A DNA stretch of 64,000 nt from Isurus oxyrinchus (Eukaryota): positions 3,720,001 through 3,784,000 of the forward strand of contig JANJGN010000042.1 of assembly GCA_026770705.1 (NCBI GenBank), written 5' to 3'. Positions 38,915-50,710 of the stretch are shown here, piece by piece (position 1 is the first letter of the stretch; every line of letters starts with the position of its first letter). A program made the position numbers and the translations under genes. The notes beneath the pieces were generated by a model. The model had not been told where the DNA came from. It did not search any database and saw only the letters and a program-made list of their open reading frames with translations.

Positions 38915-40140
38915 TATCCTAACCTCATTACAGCTTTGTTTCAAACATGGAAAAAAGAGCTGAACTCCCGGGGGAAGGTGAGAGTGGCTCCCCTTGACAT
39001 GAAGGCAACATTTCGCAGAGTGTGGCATCAAGGGCCCCCAGCAAACCTGGAGTCAATGGGAATCAGGGGGGAAATCTCTGCTGCTTCTAACCATACCTAG
39101 CAGAAAGGAAGATGGTTGTGTTTGTTGGGGGTCGATCATCTCAGCGCTAGGACTTCACTGCAGCATTCCTTCAGGGTACTGTCCTCGGCCCAACCATCTT
39201 CAGCTGCTTCATCAATGACCTTCCTTCCATCACACAGTCAGAAGTGGGATGTTCGCTACTGATTTCACAATGTTCAGCACCACTAACGACTGGGGTACTG
39301 AAGTAGCCCATGCTCAAATGCAGCAAGAGCTGGACAATTACCAGGCTTGCACTGACATGTGGCAAGTATCTTGTGCACCGCTCAAGTGTCAGGCAATGAC
39401 CATCTCCAACAAGGGAGAAACCAACCATCGCCCTTTGTCATTCAATGGCATTAACATCACTGAATCCCCCACTATCAAATCCTGGGGTTTACCATTGACC
39501 AGAAACGGAAGTGAACGAGCCATATAAATACTATGGCTACAAGAGCAGATCAGAGGCAAGGAATATTGCGACGTGTAACTCACCTCCTCACCGCCAAAGC
39601 CTGTCCATCATCTGCAAGGCACAAGTCAGGAGTGTAGTGGAATGCTCCTCCCTTGCTTGGATGGGTGCAGCTCCCAGAACGCTCAAGAAGCTTGACACCA
39701 TTCAGAGCAATGCACCTCGCTGGATTGGTAGCACATCCAAAAATATTTACACACTCCACCACTGTTGCATAGTAGCACCAGTGGGTTGCATCTCCAAGAT
39801 GCACTGCAGGAACTCATCAAGGCTCTTTCAGCTGCACGTTCAAACCCCGACCACTACCATCTAGAAGGAGAAGGGGAGCAGACAGATGTGACCGCCACCA
39901 AACGGAAGTTCCCCTTCAAGTCATTCACCATTTTGACTTGGAAATATATCGCCGTTCCTTCACTGTCGCTGGGCCAAAATCCTGGAATTCCCTTCAGAGC
40001 AGCACTCTGGGTGCACCTACACCCCGAAGACTGTAGCAGTTCAAGAAGGCAGCTCAGCACCACCTTCACAAGGGCAACTAGTGATGGGTAATAAATGCTG
40101 GTCCAGCCAACGAAGCACATTTCCCATGAATGGATAATAA
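38915..40140 (+). mobile_element. LINE of the second family (CR1/L2 group): RT and 3' end
   Basis: LDMKATFRRVWHQG, PQGTVLGPTIFSCFINDL, MFATD, ICKAQVRSVVECSSLAWMGA, and 3' tail gggcaactagtgatgggtaataaatgctgg...ataataataa. Confidence 0.9.
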
Positions 40141-41099
40141 TAACACATATTGCATGTTCGCTTTCTCTAGATTGTGTACTCGAGCACCCAAATTATGAAA
40201 ATTTACAATTTTTACCAGTTTCTCGCCTGTTTAAACGCTGGATGAGGATAGAATGAACCTCGTCTGTGTTATTATCTCAGGGAATCTGAAGGTTCTGGTG
40301 CAATATTAACACAGGGCTTTGATGCGTGTGTAAATTAATATGTGAGATAATTCATAAAATTAATGGTCCTGGCCTCCCATTTGGTGGCGATACTCGGATA
40401 ATCAGCACTGATTGTAAATGTTATTAAAGCCCTATCTTTTTCCACCCTTGCAGCTTGTTTTTCTTGCCTACGTAGCGGGGTGGGGGAGATGAGGTGTGTA
40501 TGACATGCGTAGATGGCGGGTGATCAGCAGTTGGGATTGGGATGGGTGAGTAGTTAACCTGCTTTGCAGTCGGTTGGGGGTTGAATGGACGGGCGATGGC
40601 TAGTGAGAGCTGTGCAAGTGGATCGACGGGAAGGCAATCGAGTCAGATTAGATATTCTGGGGTCAGCAGTTGGGGGTGTTGTGGGTTGTTGTGTGTGGGA
40701 TGAATGTGGGAGTTCTGTAGGTGGGGGTTGGGCGTGCATGGGCTTTGCTTGAAAGTTATTCACTGACACATGCTAGAAATTAATAGCGGGAAAATACTAC
40801 GCCAAGCATCTGTCACACAACAGGCACAACAGTCCAAAACTAAAGGCAGTATTGGAGTCATTGTTAGAGGGGCCTGGGCAATACAAATCTGCCCATCTGA
40901 AGTTTAAAGTTCATGGGAAATTACCATGCATGCTCCTGGATCAAGATTTCAGATGGGTCCTGATATGCAGAGCGGCAGACATTGCAATATTCACCACTGT
41001 TGGCATCAGGAGTTCCGGTTAATGATATAGTCAGTATTAATTTCACGGCAATGGACTCCAGACACCAGCTGCAGAAAGAGGGAAATTGCACAAGAGCGA

Positions 41100-41620
41100 A
41101 ATGGAGATCAGGTCAAAGAAGGCTGGCTTAGGGCGAATAACAATAAAGAACACATTTTAAGAATTATCTTAAAGGATGATAAGTTTGTGGCGAGGACAAA
41201 GGATTTAGGAGGAAATTCAGAACATGAAACTCTTAATATTTCATTGTGGTCACCCATGACAAAGGCTGCAGACATGTCGAGAAAAGGGAAGAGAGGCAGC
41301 TCGACATTAGCAGAGTCACATCAGATATAATTTGTGCCTTTGCTAAGGACGGTGTAAGAGTTGTAATAAGGTAGAAAAATGGTTAGAAAGATTTAAGCAT
41401 GGTGTCCCTGGAAGATGGGGCAGAAACGTGGGGGGTAGCAGCAGGGACAAGGAATTTGTAGAGGAAAGAGAGGTTAGAGATGGACTGTTTGCTTACAAGG
41501 ACTGAGGCAACAGGGGTTGCTTATTTACAAGGGCAGGGGTAATGACTACAGAATGGAGCAGCAAAGAACAGTAGCTAAGCAGATGGAACTATTAATTATA
41601 TCAGCAACTGAGGAACATGA
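41100..41620 (-). mobile_element. Old L2-like LINE fragment
   Basis: Purine-rich strand with L2-like 3' features (aatta tcttaaagga..., gtaagagttgtaataagg...gatttaagcatgg). Similar fragments lie at ~59430-60300(+) and ~62820-63240(-). Confidence 0.4.
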
Positions 41621-42882
41621 TGAGGAAGTTCGGTGTTCAGCAGTTTGGTGGGAGTACGGTGAACCAGTCCCCACCAGCAGCCGCCCCTCCGCCCACATCC
41701 TACACCATGCCTCCCATCAACCCAATCAAACGCCTGGAAATCTCGCATCTGAAACATAATGGAACTCTCACTACTCATCAGTATGGTTATCAGAGCAACA
41801 CCCAATAAACAGAATCACGTTCAATAATGGAATAGATTTTCCATCAGTGTCCGTCCATCATTAAACTTGCTATTTCTCCACCTCCACCTCTGTGGATGCA
41901 GGAAGAATGTCTACAGAATCAACTACAACAACACACCGGGGCTACTTCGACAGCACGTACCAGCACAGCAAAATGCAGAAGGTGTGCAATGCCGTGAGAT
42001 TCACCTTCTCTAACGCACCATCCTGACTTGGAACGGTAACCTCTCCCTTCATCAGCGTTCCGGAATTCCCTAACAGCAGGTAGGAGCACAGTCAGCAGAG
42101 GGAATACTTCAGCTCAGCAAGAAGACTCAGCACCAACTTCTCAGCTCACTTCCGGATGGGTAATAAATGGAAGTTTGTCACAAGAATCCATTTCCCAAGG
42201 ACACATTTTGAAAATAAAAAAACTTTGGGAGGGGGATAATGATTTGCAGCTCTAAATAACGTCATGCAGAGACAAGGGAAGGAAATTAAGTCTATGGTCA
42301 GAAATGGGAACGGAGCCAATTTTTGGTGAGGGGAGCAAATATTGTTGAACAATTATTACATTTTGAATTCTCTCCTAAATATCTAAATTTGGTTATTGTT
42401 AGGCAAAGCGGGAGATGGTGGAATGGAATTTGCCTGGAGCTGAATTATTATGTGAGATCTTCCCTCGTTCCTGTCTGCCCTAATTTCCGCAGATCAGGGC
42501 AAATTACTATCTGCATCGCACTGCAAAACCAATACCTGCGCAACATATTCTGCTCAGATATTGGGGTTCAGTTTAAACAGCAGACTGCAGCTGTTCAATA
42601 GATATAATTCATCACTAATATTTATTGCGTAAAATATTACACCAGCCAAATTCTGAAGAAAAAAGTCACTTGAAGCAAGTCTTGAGATGTACAAACGGTC
42701 CAATGAACTGTGAACAGTGAATCAGCAACTGCTGAAATGCTACTTCACAGAAGCACAGGGCATTACATGTCACAGGACACAAAAATTACAGAGAATAAAA
42801 TTAATTAACTCACGTTAAGGGCAAGGACAACAAACATGGTGAAAGATGTTTTATAAAATAAGTTTCCAAAATAATCACTCAC

Positions 42883-42979
42883 CAGGAATGCCAACAGCAG
42901 CGAGGAGCGGAAAGTAAATCCTTTGCAAATCATAAATCACCCAGACAATCCGAAGTGCAGTTGGAATTTCAAAGAACAT
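42883..42979 (-). pseudogene. GPR139-like GPCR exon 1 (gene D)
   Basis: MFFEIPTALRIVWVIYDLQRIYFPLLAAVGIP G|GTGAGT. The phase-1 donor matches the acceptor at 37613, giving an intron of ~5.3 kb. The true start may lie further upstream in the open frame. Confidence 0.85.
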
Positions 42980-43574
42980 GATCTCATTTGCTGTGAGATC
43001 CAATGATCGCTGTTTATACTGGCAACCACACTCTGTCAAACACCCATATACACATTGAAAACATTGCCTAGATATAGGCGGAGGAGAGTCCTGGTGATTC
43101 AATTAAACAATACACTGGCTGGCATTAATTACAGTCACTTAACAAACAAGATGCCTTAACCCTTTCATCCCATCACTTTGTATGGAAAAAATATACTAAA
43201 ATCTGCATGGCATTCCTATTCAAAGCAAGCACGTGACGTCAGCCACTTTTGTGATAAACAGGTTATGGAATTCTGCAGGCTTGCAGCACAGATAAGAAAA
43301 GAAAAACAGACTCAAATCCAGAGCTTTGATTATTCCGGAGATAAAATGCTGCCAAACAATTTCATGGTTTCAATTAATTTCTCAGGGGGTGAACACAAGT
43401 GCCAGAGTATGGACAGAAGCAGTAACTGTCCAAAAGGATGCATAGTTGATCATTGTGTAGTGATCAGAAAGGGAAATAGTAGACTGATGATTTGAAACTG
43501 CTTGGTTTAACAGTAAACGTAAAACTGATGCTATGGATCAACAATTACCATGGAAATGATATGAGAGTTTAACT

Positions 43575-44095
43575 TTAAAGCTGACCTGGAAAATGATGCC
43601 CCGTTGTAACTAAACCCTGTAATTGAAATCCATGGAATATTAGTGTCCATGTGAATGACACTACACAATCTAAAATGACTTTGTACCTGACACCACGGAC
43701 TTACAGTGACCATGCAACTAATACCTGGTCATACAGTGCTCATTTGAATTATGCATAAGTCCATCAGTGGGCTTCCTACAGATACTGTTGTCAAACGGTG
43801 ACCATGGGATTGAAATATGGTATCCTATTCGCCTTGTACCCGAAACTTCGCTGTAACTGATAATCGAGTACAACAGTGACGTTGTAACTGATATCCCGAT
43901 CTTACATTGACCATGTACATGACATTCCAGTCTATCAGTGCTATTCTAACTGATAATTCAGTCTAACAGTGGCTTTGTACCGGATACCCCAATTTGAACG
44001 TGAACATGTACCTGACGCCCCGGTCTAACTGTGACTTTGGAACTGGTATACCAGTTTAATAGTAAATTTGTACCTGATACTGCGGTGAAAAATTC
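43575..44095. repeat. 31-bp minisatellite (degenerate)
   Basis: Consecutive 31-nt units: tgtaactgatatcccgatcttacattgacca / tgtacatgacattccagtctatcagtgctat / tctaactgataattcagtctaacagtggctt. Confidence 0.8.
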
Positions 44096-44699
44096 ACCTT
44101 CTGTTACCCATGGCTAGTGTCATAATTCAGCTGATTTTCAATCCAATTGTTAGTTTTAGGAATTAAAGATTTAACTGTAGGCAGTGGGGATATCTGGTGG
44201 CAAAAACTGGTAAAAGCAGCCGTAAATTAAATGCAATTTAACCAACTTTGAAGTTTATTATTCTTAAAAGTTTGGAACCATGTTGACTTAAGAGGCTCAC
44301 AGCTAAAATTACAAGATCATGATAATGTGGGCGCTTTTAATTAGCTAACGACAAGGAGGCAGGATCTTTGAAGTTATTCCAGTAAATAAAAAGCTTGTTA
44401 GGTCGTTTCCCAAGGTTAAGGTAAGTTTTGGAGCTAACAGGTAGTTAAATTGCATTCCTAAGTGGTAACAGACCTTGTGTACCACTTGAGGATCGGTGAA
44501 GCTCAGTTGAGATTTTAGAACAAGGTGGAGTGAAGGAAACGTATTTGTCATCAGAATTCAGTTCAAATTCTGGGTGTTTGCTTAAAGAATTAAAACTTTT
44601 GTCATCTTCAGGGTTTTTTCAACCCTGATTTAAATGTCTGGTATGGCCAAGCTAAGGGAGCAGAGAAGGAATGATTTATAGATACAACCCTCCATAGTC

Positions 44700-45645
44700 G
44701 GAGATGATCACAGCAAGGGGAGCCCTGGCTGGAGGCCGCTACATCGCCAGAGACAGCGATGTTGAAAGGTGTAGGGGTCCTCCGCCAGTCCGTGGCCTCT
44801 CAGTGTTGTTACGGGCTGCCTTCTCCTGAAAGCACAGAGGAGCATTCATTAGTCCACATCCAACATGCAGCGCCATTACAGCCTGGCGAACCCCAGCATT
44901 GGGGCGCCTTGCAGGCCACATCCATATCATGGCCGGTGATTCGCATGACACTCAGTCAAAGCAGCCAAAGCTCAGCAACTTGGCCAGAGCCGGAGTGATT
45001 GACAGTTAGGACTCAGGTTCTGACACGCTGAACTGCATGGGGAGGGCGGCTTGTTCAAAACAATTCCACACACTGACTGATGCCAACACAGCAATCACCT
45101 TTTCCGAGTGCAGCAGGTCAATCAAACGCCTCTGGCACTGCACCCAGGTGTGCCTTATGGCTGTTCACCAAGGCTGCCTCTTTCTCCCAATGCTTCTTTG
45201 TCAGGTTTGGAGGCGTCCTCCTTCCATCTCTTCAGACAAGGGTGTCCCTTCCGGCAGCCACCCCCTCCATGAGGTCAGCGAGGCACACCTCAGTAAAACT
45301 GGGGGCCGAATGCCCAAACAACATGCCCTCCAGCCTGGTGTGTGCTGCCACACAGGAGTCTATCTTTGCAACAGCAGACAGAGGTCATTCTCCAGCAGCC
45401 TTCCTGGGGCTGCCTGGGCCGTTTTCAAACTGGCGGCCGGATCGCCATTGGACCCGGCGGCCGAGAGGCTCCCATCCCCGCTCGGCCCCTCCAACCTGTC
45501 ACCAGCTGAGTTTCACGCGGGGTGGCCCTTAATTGACCTGCCAGCGTGAAATCGCTTTCTGGCCCTGATCGCGGGCTGGCAGTCGCATTCCGGAAAGCTC
45601 CTGTCCACCTCTCTGTGCCCGCCCGATGAGGACAAAACTCCTCCC
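44700..45645 (-). mobile_element. PIF/Harbinger-type DNA transposon relic with Myb/SANT-like DNA-binding domain
   Basis: GC-rich island. Minus strand ~45330-45098 reads APSFTEVCLADLMEGVAAGRDTLV*RDGRRTPPNLTKKHWEKEAALVN..HTWVQCQRRLIDLLHS (W...W.QC..R..DL pattern). Confidence 0.65.
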
Positions 45646-48600
45646 TTTGACCTAGTGGCCATTGGTAAAATCCCCATCTCTTTCATCATAAACTGCACTC
45701 TCTATAGCGTGATGGAGAATTGAGAGTTTAATTTGAGTCCATTTTACTTTGGAAATAGGTTCAGACTTCGTGACCTGCTGAGAAACCTATAAGTCCACAC
45801 CTGGTCTGTGTAATTAGCCTGCCATGTGTGCAGGAGAGAATGCACCTACTGTCCAACCTGCTGAGTTTCTAGTGGCTCTATGCAGACCAAGCGATGTGGC
45901 TTAATTGGTTAATCACCATTTAGATCCGTTCACTCACACGTTCCACCAATAAAGGCATAATTGCATTCAGATACAGTAAGAGCAAGAAGAGATCTACTGC
46001 CCCTCCTCAATACTGTCTCATACAGACAACCACACCGGTGAGTAGCTGTTACCCACTCCCAATGACTTCAATCTTCCATTTCACTTGGTGACTCATTGAC
46101 ACAGGGATACCAAAGAGTGGACCTGCAACAGTCCGGGCTGTGGCCAGGCGTTACTTTCTGCTTATGCACTAGAGTATTCACATTGATAAGAGGTCAAATA
46201 TCTCTTTGGCGTTTCTGTGGGATTTCAACCAGCAAATATCACTGCGAAAGGGATATCATGCACCTGTTCCAGCTCTGAGAAGGGCTGTGCATAGTTGCCC
46301 TTCACAATGAGACACGAACGTCCTTGAGTAATGGGGGGAGGGCACTGGAATATATAGATATATTTTTTCAGAATATCTCTTAGAGAGAAAAAAATGCCTG
46401 ATCTATAATTTACATCATTATATGACTCTAGAAAAAAGAGGATATAGAACGTTTTGAAAATTGACTCATGGGAATTTGAAGTCGTTCCTGTGCTGTAAGT
46501 TCACTATTGTGTCACATAGTTTGAGCTATCGAAGTCTTAGAGCAATTTCGGGCCTCAATTAGTTGCTTATCGAAAATATTACAATAGCTTCCAGAAAGAA
46601 CCTGAATTGGCATCAAATTTGCAAACACAAAAATAGTTTCAAGCCCCTGGAAGAGTAACGATTGGTGTTTGGAATTAAAATGATTCTAGGATTTATCCAG
46701 TTTACTCTTTTTTTTGAGTGACATGAGTTGAAAGATGCTGTTCAGAGTCCGGAGATTTGCAAGCATTTTTAAATTATGTAAATTGAGGATTTCCTTCACC
46801 ATCCATTGCTCCTTGTTCATGCCTCTACTGGTACCTTCTATTTAACTAACTTAGCCAGCCGTCACGTGTAGCTAATTGTGGACACTGATGTGACTGGTAA
46901 CTGATCAGTCACTGGACCAAAGAGTAATAGATAGTCGTTGAGCATGTGACCTTGATATTCATCACCAAGCGGTGTATAAAAGATCAACTTAACACTGTTG
47001 TGTGATTGCCTTCTGAAATGTTAGGCATAAAAGCCTGTGTTTGGGGATCCTTATGGCCTTGGTAACTGCTTGAATGTAAACGTTTGTTAAGTGAATATGA
47101 ACCTGAACTGTTTGAGGGAACAACTGCAGCGCCACCACTAGCGATACACGGTGGTGGTGGTATCACGGGTGTATGAGCAATGTTTACTCCCCTCCTCCTT
47201 GCACCCTGACAGTGTTGTTGGGTTCTCCATTTTGATAGACTGTGCATTAATAAAATAAGTCAAAATAGCAGCCAATGTTCTTCCAGTTTGTCCGCTTCTA
47301 TTTCCATTTAAAACGACATAAAATATATACAGATACATACGTGTTGATGTCGAAATGCATGTGGTTGTGTGGGTACGTGCGTGTTTGCTTGTGTGCAAGC
47401 GCGCCTATGTGTGTACGCGTGTGTGTTTGTTTGTGTAGCGTCTTTGACAAGTGTCTATGCGCATGCCTGCCTGTGTTATTATAGTTCAGAGCTTCAACAT
47501 TTTTTTTGACCAAGAGTCTGTTTATCTCCGCCTTGATGCCAGGTCATTTAAATCTGGCTCTTTCTATGCAAGGAGGTGGGAATGTGACACATAAGTTTTC
47601 GTTTAACGTTGTGTGGTCTACGGTTAAACTATGTCATCAAATAGCAGATGACAAGATTCACTGGAGCAGGAAGCATGACTTGTGTTGCCTGAGAGTAACT
47701 GAGAGCTGTTAATTACCTTTGATCATAGATCCGTTGGTTTCTCTGACAATAAACTAAGAAGCGGGTATCCAATGACCCCTCCAGCTTGCAGCAGTTATAA
47801 TCATTCAAAGGATTTCATTATAATTGTTTAACTTCCTTAACTTCTCCTTGCGCTTTTAGAACATAAAAAATTAAACATCTTATTGATTGGAGAATGCTTA
47901 GAGGCCTGATTCTTTGTTCCAAATTTCTGTGAATTTCATGCTGTACGAGTGAAATTTTAACAGAGCAGAAGTTGAAAATTCAAAAGACCTTTACATCTCC
48001 TGGATCTTCATCAAGCATCGTAAATACATGGAAAGAAAATATCACGTTTATATCTCTTTCTTAAGATGTTATTTAAACAGATTCTGTATTTTCCTCTAAC
48101 TCTATCACTAGATTAAAGGAGTGACTATTCTTCACTAGATACGCCCTTGTCATTAAGCAACCTGGGACACTCTGAACTATTGAAGGACTTTGTATAAGTT
48201 CAGAAGGTGCTGTCTCCCAGTAACTATGAATGAATAATGAGATGGAATTGTGAAATGAATGTACAGCTTCTTTCCACTAATTGTCAGTTTCTATGCCTTT
48301 TTCCCTTTCCTTTGTCTAGGACTCTCCTTCAATTTATCTCTGTCGATTTGACTCCGTATCTATCCTTAACTCTTTTTTTTCTCATTTGCTCGCCTTGATC
48401 TCTCTGTGTGAAGAATATTCTCGCTCTCGCTCTGGTTAATTAGGCCAGGGTTGTTTCTAGATCGATTATTGCTCTGACATGGAATTCATAGCTGTGCAAT
48501 GGATTAGCTCCGATTCAATACAATGAAGACTAAATCCATCCCTCACTTTTGATTCAGTACTCGGAGGAACATAGTGTTTTTTTGAGTTGCCATTTTGTAT

Positions 48601-49079
48601 CTATAGCTCTCTGTCCGTCTTCGAATTAAATACGTACAGAGAGAAAGGGAAGAGCCAAAAGTATGCAGGAGAACAATGTCTTTATGTTTTTTTTCTCAGT
48701 TCAAACTGGTTAATAACAAAGACTAATCAACAGTGTTTGTGAAGCCGTCGCAAGAGGCTTGGATAAGGAGTGTAACGAAGCTTTGCTGCAAATATATAAG
48801 ATTTTGCTAACAACACATTTGGAGAACTGTGTTCAGTTTTGGTCCACCTAACTGGGGCTGGGTAGATCTGCCATAGATTGGTGCAACCAGATTCACCAGT
48901 CTCATTACAGCACGGAGCCGGAAAGAAGGGGAGGGGGGCGCTGTGGTGGCGGGGTTGGGGGGGGCGGAGTGGTGGGGGCGGGGAGGGAGGCATTCGACAT
49001 ACACAGTCTTTGCCAGACCTCCGGAGAGCAAACCAGTCAGATCAGCAATATCATCTTCATCTTCTTCTTCATCATCATG

Positions 49080-49350
49080 AGAACCGAGTCAGCCTGAACC
49101 TATCAGGGTCAAGCTGTCTGGCTTAAATTTCAAACAATTCTTGGCAGTTAACTGTCCTTCGCCATAGGTGGTGCATTATTCAGGGAAATGCCACTTGCCA
49201 ACCAATCATCATTCTCCTCACATACAGTATAAATTGTGCTCCCCCCTCCCATGTATTTTTATTCTTGTGAGTTTCCTGATGAGTGCAGGGTGATAAGCTG
49301 AGACCTGTCTCTTTTTCAGAAATACTCAAGTTCTGTCCGAACAAAAACCA
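49080..49350 (+). mobile_element. Penelope-like terminal repeat with degenerate hammerhead motif
   Basis: Same repeat as 20290-20620; CCTGATGAGTGCAGGGTGATAAGCT at ~49275-49300. Confidence 0.6.
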
Positions 49351-50363
49351 AAGTGTATTCTTTCTGCATTGAATAACAATGCGCAGTGTTGATTGTTGTA
49401 TGAGTGTCCATGACACCAATGTTATATTGGTGTCCATCACACAACTTGCATCTGGTAAGGAACAGCATTTATTGGAGTCAATGAAATATTAAAGATCAAT
49501 TGTGTCTATTAACTAACAAATGCCATTGATGTACCTCGATATTGAGGCCGGGCTATAGATATGAATTTGGATTTTTTAAAATTTTGATTCGTTGCCTTTG
49601 TTTGTCTGCCCCACCCCTGCCAGCATCGCACCTATCGGCTGGTGGAAGACATCAAACTGAGGAAACTTACATTTGCAATTTTTGTGTTGTTTGTAAATCT
49701 CGGAGTCATACTCATGTGCAGCTAAACGTGGTGGTAGGATGTAACAAATGTCTTGAATATACATCACATACTTCCGTACAGCATGGAATTCTGACACAGG
49801 ATACAACTTCAACATGCCTTCTGATCGCCAGTGTGTCTCCTGGACAAGAATAATATTCGTCAAAGTGTTCCTTTTCCTCATAAATGTTCAACCAAGTAAG
49901 TATTTCATGCGATTGTAACGCCTTTATTTTGTTAACTGTATTGTTATTTTTCCTCCAATTTTTCTTCACTCCACTGATGAGGTCAGCTTCCTCGGCTTCG
50001 CTCACTGGTCAGTGAGTGTTCGTACAGTATCTAAATTAGTCACAAGCTGACCTGTCACTGTCTCAGCGGGCCGGAGAAGGGCTTCTCTATTTCCTGCAGA
50101 AATGGTAGCCTTGGTTGAACACTGCCAGAAGGAAATTACACCGATGATGGCCTGTGATCCGTTAACTGAGGGGTGAAATCGCTGAAGCTCCCTGTTTTTG
50201 TTGTTGTCTTCACACTCGAAATGCAGTCAACCGTTGTATTGAAGGGAATGATTTAACCTGAGCCCGTGTGTGCGCGCGTGTGCGTGTGCATTGGAAAGCC
50301 TATTTCGTCCAAATGAAAAAAATCTAAAAGTTGCATTGATAACATTCTGTTATTGTTTTCCAG

Positions 50364-50671
50364 AATACGGCCAACAGGAGAGACTTTCCCAAACACCCTC
50401 AATTGTAGCAGTGAGTGAAGGTGATACTGCGGTGTTGTCCTGTATCTACCCAGCGACATACACAGCTGCTTACCTATTCTGGTATGTACAGTACTCGGGA
50501 AAAGGCCTTCAGTATATGCTGCTCAGACACACGGCTGGGAATGAAGAGAATGCACCAGCTTTTGCAAAGCGCTTTTCGGCCGTACAGGATAGGAGCAACA
50601 CAAACATCCCTTTGAACATCACAGACACCCAGCTCTCTGACTCAGCCGTGTATTACTGCGCAGCTATGAAG
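50364..50671 (+). CDS. T-cell receptor alpha/delta-like variable gene segment, V exon (V1)
   Basis: TTTTCCAG|AA TAC gives (E)YGQQERLSQTPSIVAVSEGDTAVLSC...YLFWYVQYSGKGLQYML...RFSA...LNITDTQLSDSAVYYCAAMK. Both cysteines and the conserved Trp are present, the frame is open, and a 23-RSS follows. Confidence 0.92.
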
Positions 50672-50710
50672 CACCACGTTACATAAACCCTTACCACTGG
50701 TACAAAAACT
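50672..50710 (+). promoter_or_regulatory. Recombination signal sequence (23-bp spacer) of V1
   Basis: Heptamer CACCACG (50672-50678, non-consensus), 23-nt spacer, nonamer ACAAAAACT (50702-50710). Confidence 0.8.

Noticed and set aside
43575-44095. CRISPR-like periodicity
   Set aside because: Tandem degenerate units without unique spacers, in vertebrate DNA with no cas genes.
45037-45549. 170-aa and 150-aa plus-strand ORFs
   Set aside because: GC-rich antisense of the Harbinger Myb/SANT relic.
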